NCBI RefSeq assembly: GCF_006345805.1
Contig: NC_043004.1
Location: 60,946,001 to 61,010,000 of the forward strand
DNA length: 64,000 nt
Direction of reading: 5' to 3'
Origin: Octopus sinensis
Taxonomy: Eukaryota
Shown: one piece after another, positions 56,601 through 64,000 of the stretch
How the letters are laid out: each line of letters begins with the position of its first letter
Position numbering within the stretch: position 1 is the first letter of the stretch
Notes under the pieces: generated by a model
The model's input: the letters and a program-made list of their open reading frames with translations, nothing else
Told to the model about the DNA's origin: nothing
The model's database searches: none
Program-made: the position numbers and the translations under genes

Positions 56601-57088
56601 ATATAGATATAATTAATTTGTTCAAAAGAAAAAAATTATTTTCGGATTCTTTTCTTTTATGAGGTTTTCACGCTAGCTACCCGATAATTTCTTGTTAAGA
56701 TCCCTTATTAAGAGATTATCCTTAATTGTTAAACTTATTCCGAAATACTTTTCATTACCCGACATGCAGTTCGTAAAAAGCCCGCCATTTACCGGATATA
56801 TGATTTATAAACATTCCATGTGCTTGGCCGGAGTGAGCAGTTGTCTGTTCGTCTCCGCTACGTAAGGTTGGTAGTTTATTTATGATGTATTCAGAATCAG
56901 TTCTGCTGACGATCATTAGACGCAATTTGTATGTGAAATCACGGTGATACAGAACATAATTCATTTTTAAATGTCTTGCTTTGAAAAACTGCATTTGGGT
57001 ATGATTAGTATAATTTTTGGTAGTAATGACTTTGTCCCTCCTAGTGTGAGGCATTTATGTGTAATAATGCCCTCTATACAATATAGAT

Positions 57089-57140
<52 letters not shown>

Positions 57141-57416
57141 GACACGCACGCGCACCTTCATTTTGAGATCACCAAAACTTTATTATCTCCAGTTCTTCCT
57201 AGTTCTCCTGTCAAACTATTTTCTCCCAACCAGTCGCCATGATTGATCGCTAAATCCACAATTTTTTTAGTTCTGTGTGTTTATTTCCTCATATTCCTTC
57301 ATCTCATAAGGGATGGTTGCATCTAAGGCAATACTAGTTCAATACCTATTGTTAGCAAGGAACAATTGTTAACTTTCTTATCATTTTCTTGTCTTTTCTT
57401 CTTGTAAATGATGTAA

Positions 57417-57458
<42 letters not shown>

Positions 57459-57808
57459 ATACATACACACATACTAAAATAGTTTCCCATTTATTTTTAA
57501 TCTGTAACACCGGATTCGCTCTCACATTTTTTCACTCTCATTATTAATTATTCATTATCTGTTTTGGGGCATTTCCACCCTCAATACGCAAGTTTATTTT
57601 TTGATCGTGTCGCAATATTTATTTCTATTCTTCTTACTTTTATTTTTATATTTATACTTTAGCGATAATTTTCACATCTCCATATCACACACCCAGTACC
57701 GAAAATTATAACGTTATGTCTTGAAAACCTGCTATCCAATCAAATTTAAATGATTATTCATTGATTTGAATTATATCACTTGGCATTACATTACATTACG
57801 TGGAGAGT

Positions 57809-58165
57809 GGAAGCGGAAAGGCCCAGTGGTTAGGGCAGTGGACTTGTGGTTGTAGCATCGCGGTTTCGATTCCCAGACCGGGAGTTGTGAGTGTTTATTG
57901 AGCAGACTCACTTAAAAACACCACAAGGTTCCAGCAGGTGTTGGAGGTGAACCCTGTGCTCTTTCACCATAACTTTCATTATTTCTTTCTGTTTTTGCTG
58001 TACATGTATTTCAATGAGCCAGACTTTTGTCACTCTCAATCTCCCCAAGAACTACGTTAAGGGTACACGTGTTTGTGGAGTGCTCAGCCACTTGCACGTT
58101 AATTTCACGAGCAGGCTGTTCAGTTGCTCGGATCAACTGAAACCCTCGTCGTCGTAACTGTCGTA
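57809..58165 (+). mobile_element. SINE family A, diverged
   Basis: Colinear with 2735-3115. Confidence 0.75.
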
Positions 58166-58294
58166 GTATATGTACAATTATGAACTTAATTCAATAGTTA
58201 TCACAACTGTCCGACGAACGGAACGTAAAACTCTGAATAACAGTTCAGCAATAATTTTGCAAGTTTAACAAAAAAAAAAGCATATACTACTATA

Positions 58295-58570
58295 GTCTCA
58301 GGCCGATCTAAGCATTGTGAGTGAATTTGGTTGACGGAAACTGAAAAAAGCCCACCGTATATATATATATGTGTGTGTGTGTGTCATTGGCCCTCATTAC
58401 CACTTGACAACTGGTATTGGTATTTTTACGTCCCCGTACACTAGCGGTTCGGTTAAAGAGGCCTATAGAATAAGTACCAAGTTTAAAATATAAGTACTGG
58501 GGTCGATTCATTCGGCTAAAAGTTCAAGGTGGTGCCGCAGCATGGCCGCAGTCTAATAACTGAAATATGT
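58295..58570 (+). mobile_element. SINE family B, 5'-truncated
   Basis: Body and tail match 14908-15335. Confidence 0.7.
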
Positions 58571-58603
58571 GTAAGATATATATATATATATATTATAATA
58601 TAT

Positions 58604-58641
<38 letters not shown>

Positions 58642-58771
58642 AAATAATATATATATATATATATATATAATATATATATATATATATAAATATAATATAT
58701 ATGTATGCATGTATGCATACAACACACACACATGTATGTATGTATGTATGTATGTATGTATGTATGTATGC

Positions 58772-58821
<50 letters not shown>

Positions 58822-58824
<3 letters not shown>

Positions 58825-59113
58825 GGTCCCGGGTTGATCCGGGGTTAACACAGTAAGTAAGGTACTCAATACATAGCAGAGTAAAATTAATTTATTATAT
58901 AGAAGGAGCTTCTACAGGACTAGTACTGTTTCATTCAAGAGAATCTTCAGGAAGCTATTAAACAAGAATTGTATTAGCATTTATACATTTAGGCACTCCT
59001 TTAAACCTGCCTAATGTATAAATGCTAATACAATTCTTGTTTAATAGCTTCCTGAAGATTTCTCTTGAATGAAACAGTACTAGTCCTGTAGAAGCTCCTT
59101 CTATATAATAAAA
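58822..59113. mobile_element. Palindromic Penelope-like end insertion in (TA)n
   Basis: Arms ~58891-58995 and 59008-59113 with a 12-nt spacer; each arm has a hammerhead. Confidence 0.82.
59046..59096 (+). ncRNA. Type I hammerhead ribozyme (mirror copy at 58907-58956, minus)
   Basis: agcttc-CTGAAGA-tttc tctt gaat-GAAA-cag tactagtc ctg-TA-gaagct; GUA site. Confidence 0.85.
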
Positions 59114-59167
59114 TATATATATATATTATATATAATATATATAAACATATATATATATATATATATA

Positions 59168-59600
59168 CAGGAAGAATTCACAAAAAAAAAAAAAGACGAA
59201 GACAGGTGGTGTAGACAACAAACAGATCTATTAGTTTAACGCTTTCGAGCCTACGCTCTTCCACAGAAAGGAACACAGAAAAACAGGGAGAGAAAATAAG
59301 GAATTTGTAGTGGCTAGCGATCTATCATGGCGAAAGCCGGACAGAGGAATCCCACAGGAGAGCTAGGCAGAAGGGGAGATAATAAAGTAGTGGTGATCCC
59401 AAAACAAAGGTGTGCGTGCGTGTGTATAAGTGTACTTGTATGTGCGTGTGGAAGAGGGCTGGTGACCTTGACGTGTGTAGGTGTTTGGATAATGGTGTGG
59501 TAGCTGGGAAGTGGCCAGTGCTAGTCTGCGCCAGTTGGTGTGATGTGATGTGCTGTTATATATGTATGTATATAAATCAGTAACAATTATGGACAGTATA
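59168..59600 (-). mobile_element. Penelope-like 3' fragment with degenerate hammerhead
   Basis: Minus strand reads ctgtggaagagcgtaggctcgaaa, the same layout as 6158-6180; abuts (TA)n. Confidence 0.5.
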
Positions 59601-60373
59601 TTTAATAAAATGTACCTGTCCGAATAACTCAAGAGTGGATTATATACTCAGCTGGGTGAAATTGGCTGCATGCACCACTGTAGTAGTTCCCAAACTTTCC
59701 ACAATGTTTCCCAACTCTTTTATTTAAATAAGTTTTCTCACGGATCCTTTTTAATATGCTTACACTTATGTATATGTATATATGTAGATATATGAAATTT
59801 TGAATTTAGTTTACAGACACCCAGCACTACTTTTGCAGTCCACTAGGGTTCCACGAACACCAGGTTAGGAACCACTGCATTTCAGGAATATCATTCTCCG
59901 GTACTTCTGTGCCAAGATTGATGGTTACATAATATTGTTTGTTTTCTGTATACATACACACGCACACAGATAGATGCATAGAGAGATAGATCAGGATATA
60001 TGTGTGTAAGCTTGTATGGAGTGTATGGGCGTGAATGCACGTTCAATATATATTATACAAACACACATCTTCTCACACTCAAATGTTTATTTGGAATTCC
60101 GATTCAAATAAGAGATTCAGCAATACTCACCCAGTCCCTGGCCTTCTTCAAAAATGAAGGCGTAATAAATATTTCAGCAGCTTCGGTGGGAAACCCTGAT
60201 ATGGAACGCGTGGACTACATATATAGGTTCTATATATGCAAATGTTTAAGTGTGCATATGCACACAAATATATTAACGTACACACATACATACATATATA
60301 CATTTATACACATATATATACATATATATTTGCACGTGTATATAAATTTGCATATATATATATATATATATAC

Positions 60374-60427
<54 letters not shown>

Positions 60428-61557
60428 ATATATAATATATATATATATTATATATATATACGCATGTCTTACTATATAGTCTTATTGCAAATGGCATATG
60501 TATATATATATATATATATATAATTATATAACACCAGACCCATAATATACACGTAGATCTTAATATATATATGTCTAATTACAAATGGTGTAATGTATAT
60601 AATATATATATATATATATATACGTGTGTGTGTGGTGTGGTGTGTGTATGTGTGGTCAACATATTTCTATTGATCAGCATACATATACATAATCTGTCGC
60701 CCACACTAGCAATAGGAAATCTAGTGTATAAAACTGATATGAATGAATTAAGATAAAGGGTTGAAAGAGGAACTGTTGCAAAGTAAAACATTTTCAAAAG
60801 AACGGTTTCTTTTTATAATTTTTGTCAAAAAGGAAAGGTAAAATTTCAGGTTCCAAGAAAAGTTTTCTTGCCAAATGTTCTTGGAACGAAAAGGTTAACG
60901 GAAGAAAAAATATAAACCTTAGGCAGGCGTTGGCTTTGAAGTTTGACTATATATATATATAAAAAATTAGATTAAATTTATTTCGTCTGACTAAGCTGTT
61001 ATACAAAGCCTGTTCGTCTGTTTGCCATCGTGTCTCTGTGTGTATATATGTGTGTACACACCTATATAAATACAAATCAAAATAAACAACAGGATATCAA
61101 GACGTGATGCCGTACGACCGTTTCAAGCGGCTCCATTTAATTGAACAATGCAATCATTACATCAATTTAAATGCAGAGCTATCCTCAGCTGCACAAATAA
61201 ATAAATAGAATTTTAATCAATCGGACACAATTATATAATTTTACACAAATTCTCTAATAGTGCAAGAAGATAGAAAAATCCATGTTCTCGCTATTGTAGT
61301 ACTGTTGCCCTCCATTCTAAACAGACGCAATTCTCTCGTGTTAGATTTCGTAGTTAGTGAAAAGACTAATATATTAAAAATGAACCACAGTCCTTTACAA
61401 GCTATGAACCCACCAAACTTCATACATTTCTTGGAAGTGTAGTATATTCTTAGCTACAATAGTGACAACATGGATTTTTTATCTTCTTGCTCTATTAGAG
61501 TATTTGAATAAAATTATATTAATGTGTCCGACTGATTAAAATTCTATTTATCTATTT

Positions 61558-61645
61558 GTGCAGCTGAGGATAGCCTTGAATTTAAATTGCTGTAATGATT
61601 GCATTATTCAATTAAATGGAGACGCTCGAAACGGTCGTACTGCAT
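61558..61645 (+). ncRNA. Type I hammerhead ribozyme in pLTR, long stem II
   Basis: gtgcag-CTGAGGA-tagc...(taatg attg catta hairpin)...gctc-GAAA-cggtcg-TA-ctgcat; diverged mirror copy at ~61108-61195. Confidence 0.8.
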
Positions 61646-61820
61646 TATTACTTGATATGCTGTTGCTCATTTTGATTTTATTCACCTTACTTTGCGCTGT
61701 ACGGATAATGCCGCACTGACTTGGTGCTTCAGCTTAAGAACCTGATTCGACTGAATTTCAATAATTTCTTAACTCGTCAACCAAACCATTACAACGTTTC
61801 TGGTACTTAGCTTCATCAGG

Positions 61821-62445
61821 ATGGACAGAGTAAATATGGAATTTTCTCAGAAGGACATCCCCTTCATAATAAGGATACCTATATGTGGCTGCTAATCCAT
61901 AGGACAAATGAGTTTGTTCGGAGGATGAGGTGGATCGCTTATCATCATGAGGCTAAGAAGAAGAAAAGAAACCTAGAAACATATGATAAGAATTATAAGA
62001 TATTCAAAAGTAGAAAAAATCCTTCACCTAGCCCACTACTGGATAATTTTGAAAAAGACTTATTTGAACTAATAGCCAATGTAAAATTCAAGGAACACCC
62101 ACTTAGAAAAAACTTGCATCTGAGGATCTCTCCTCTACCTATACTGGTAATAGAGCCATACCTAATAATCAAGTCACAATTTTGGGAGGCCTTGAAAGAG
62201 TAGGTAGATACGCCTGAAGTCTGAAAATAAAGACTTGATCTCGTATAATGTTCCCTCCAACTGTGCCATAACCAGAAACATATATAGGAAATTTATGACA
62301 ATTTTAGAAAAACCTTCCCTGCGTCCCATAGATATAATATAATTTTTTCCCGTAAGACAGTTAGAATCTCGTATTATATCCTCCACAATATGGGTACCAT
62401 CATAGCAAGGCTAAATAGAAAGAATATGAAATTAGCAAGAGGTGG

Positions 62446-62486
<41 letters not shown>

Positions 62487-63248
62487 GTGTCAACACTAAC
62501 TTAAGCCCCTACAATGAGAATAATAATGATGAGGTGGGAAATAGAAGCAGCATCTAATATATACATTATAAACTGCAACTCCGAGGTCTATACTAGCACA
62601 GAGATTACTGACAAGCCTGTTGATGCTGAGATGAATTTGAATGGTACTACAGTTGAAGGAAGGATAGATAATAACAGGTATGAAAATAACACATTCGATA
62701 GTATTAGTAGGATTAATAATAATAATAGTGGTATTAATAATAATAATGATGATATATGTATCAATAGTATTAATAGTAGTAATACTCCTGGTTGCAATTG
62801 TAGAGTTAAATCCCAGTGTCCGTTATTAGGCCCATGTCTAATCCAAAACGTAATTTATAAATGCACAATCACAACTGTGGCAGGTAACCTTATATATATA
62901 TATATTGGATGTTCGATAAATATGGAATAACGTATCAATAGCCAGTTTACATAATTTAACCTCAAACATAAAGCCAATTGTACGTCCTTATCTAGCAAGA
63001 TTTGGAAACTGAAGAAAAGCGGAATCGAATTTAGCCTTAAATTGGACATAATAAGGAAAGCGCAGCCTTATAGAGATAGTCGATACGGGCGTGAGCTGTG
63101 CTCTATGGAAACTTATGAGATTTTTAAGTATAGGGACAAGAGTAATCTGATTAGTAATAGATTATATCTAAGGGTATCATGCGAACACAGGGTCACCCGT
63201 ACGTTTAAATGTATTTTCGAAATTAGCGTTTATAGGTGCTATACTTGA
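61821..63248 (+). pseudogene. Degenerate PLE ORF (N-terminal domain, linker, GIY-YIG endonuclease)
   Basis: In successive frames: MEFSQKDIP / LIHRTNEFVRRMRWIAY...FKSRKNP...LDNFEKDLFELIANVKF; FPASHRYNIIFSRKTVRISY; CNCRVKSQCPLLGPCLIQNVIYKC...YIG; TSLSSKIWKLK; IIRKAQPY...LC...E...CEH. Confidence 0.82.
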
Positions 63249-64000
63249 ACTTAGATGGTGGAAATTAATTTTAAGCTTCGTATCTGATGCGAACTTACTC
63301 TCTGTTATTATATATAATAAAATCATAGGATATTGAGTTATATGGTGAATTAAATTGCGTTGCATATGGTGTGATATGTGATGTGCTACATGTAATTACT
63401 ATCCCATGAATAATCCTGCCTAGTTAGTCTGACTTCATCATGTTTTTAGTGATTAAACTATTTGTTCCTTTCTATGATGTTCTACCCTACTGCTCATATT
63501 ATGTATTTTTGTAATGACTTCTATGTAAGTCTCCTAATTATATACTCCCGAGAAACTATAAAATCATGTATGTAATAGGACCGATAACTTTGCAACTATA
63601 AAATACCTCTTCGGTCTGAATACCTCCAACTACCCTCACTACTCCCATACCTATTGCTTCCTATTTCGGGTTATCTTTATCTCTTCCCTACCACAAATTT
63701 TAACAGCCCGTCTCTTTAAATGTAAGTTATATATATTTCTTACTATTCTCTATAAATTCTTATTATTTTGTTTTCTTATTTTGATATCCTTACCTATCAA
63801 TCTCTTATCCCTTATAAGTTGTTACTCTTCTTAAATATAGATATATACTTTCTAGTCTATGCGAGTTGATTATAATATACCCATAATAACGTATAAATAT
63901 TTGTGTATGTTTGCATGCGTGCACATAGATAATTATGAGTGTGTTTATGTAAAAAACATTTATTTTTTTCTGATTTTTAGCTTATAATTAATAAATAGAT

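Larger units (their letters stand above)
52160..57090. mobile_element. Retrozyme-like tandem array B (~480-bp unit, ~10.3 units) with internal inversion
   Basis: ~2.85 units in one orientation to ~53530, then ~7.4 units inverted; 11 hammerheads; (TA)n on both flanks. Confidence 0.9.
61074..63250 (+). mobile_element. Penelope-like element, Naiad-type, RT core deleted, with inverted pLTRs
   Basis: Inverted repeat 61074-61300 / 61453-61679 with hammerheads, followed by a broken ORF containing a PLE N-terminus, post-RT linker and GIY-YIG endonuclease. Confidence 0.82.

Noticed and set aside
47101-57090. CRISPR-like reading of the tandem arrays
   Set aside because: Units are identical end to end with no unique spacers, and the context is eukaryotic.
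59682-59877. hAT-Charlie-like MITE (also similar ends near 22350 and 35318)
   Set aside because: TIRs are too degenerate and no 8-bp TSD is visible.
63061-63110. Selenocysteine (in-frame UGA) in the Naiad-type nuclease
   Set aside because: The expected Cys position reads CGT and the nearby TGA is out of frame; no SECIS identified.

Overview
AT-rich, microsatellite-dense animal DNA made almost entirely of repeats. The SINE families and the 5S sequence look molluscan, most likely octopus (inference). No host protein-coding gene can be supported, and nearly all ORFs in the track are translations of (TA)n/(CA)n/(CT)n tracts or SINEs. Recognisable content: four tRNA-type SINE families, three ~395-bp non-autonomous Helitrons, decayed mariner and maT transposons, RTE, CR1-like and R4/Dong-like LINE fragments, a 5S rRNA copy abutting a SINE, and an RT-deleted Penelope-like (Naiad-type) element. 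The main signal is a set of insertions carrying type I hammerhead ribozymes (HHRs). Two are near-perfect tandem arrays (~506-bp unit, 47101-49120; ~480-bp unit, 52160-57090) with one HHR per unit, and several are short palindromes. They share one architecture: an internal inversion, ribozyme-sense 3' ends pointing outward, and in most cases both ends fused to (TA)n at short TA microhomologies. This fits retrozyme-like circular RNAs copied by twin-primed, rolling-circle reverse transcription by a Penelope-like enzyme (inference). All folds and coordinates were read by eye.
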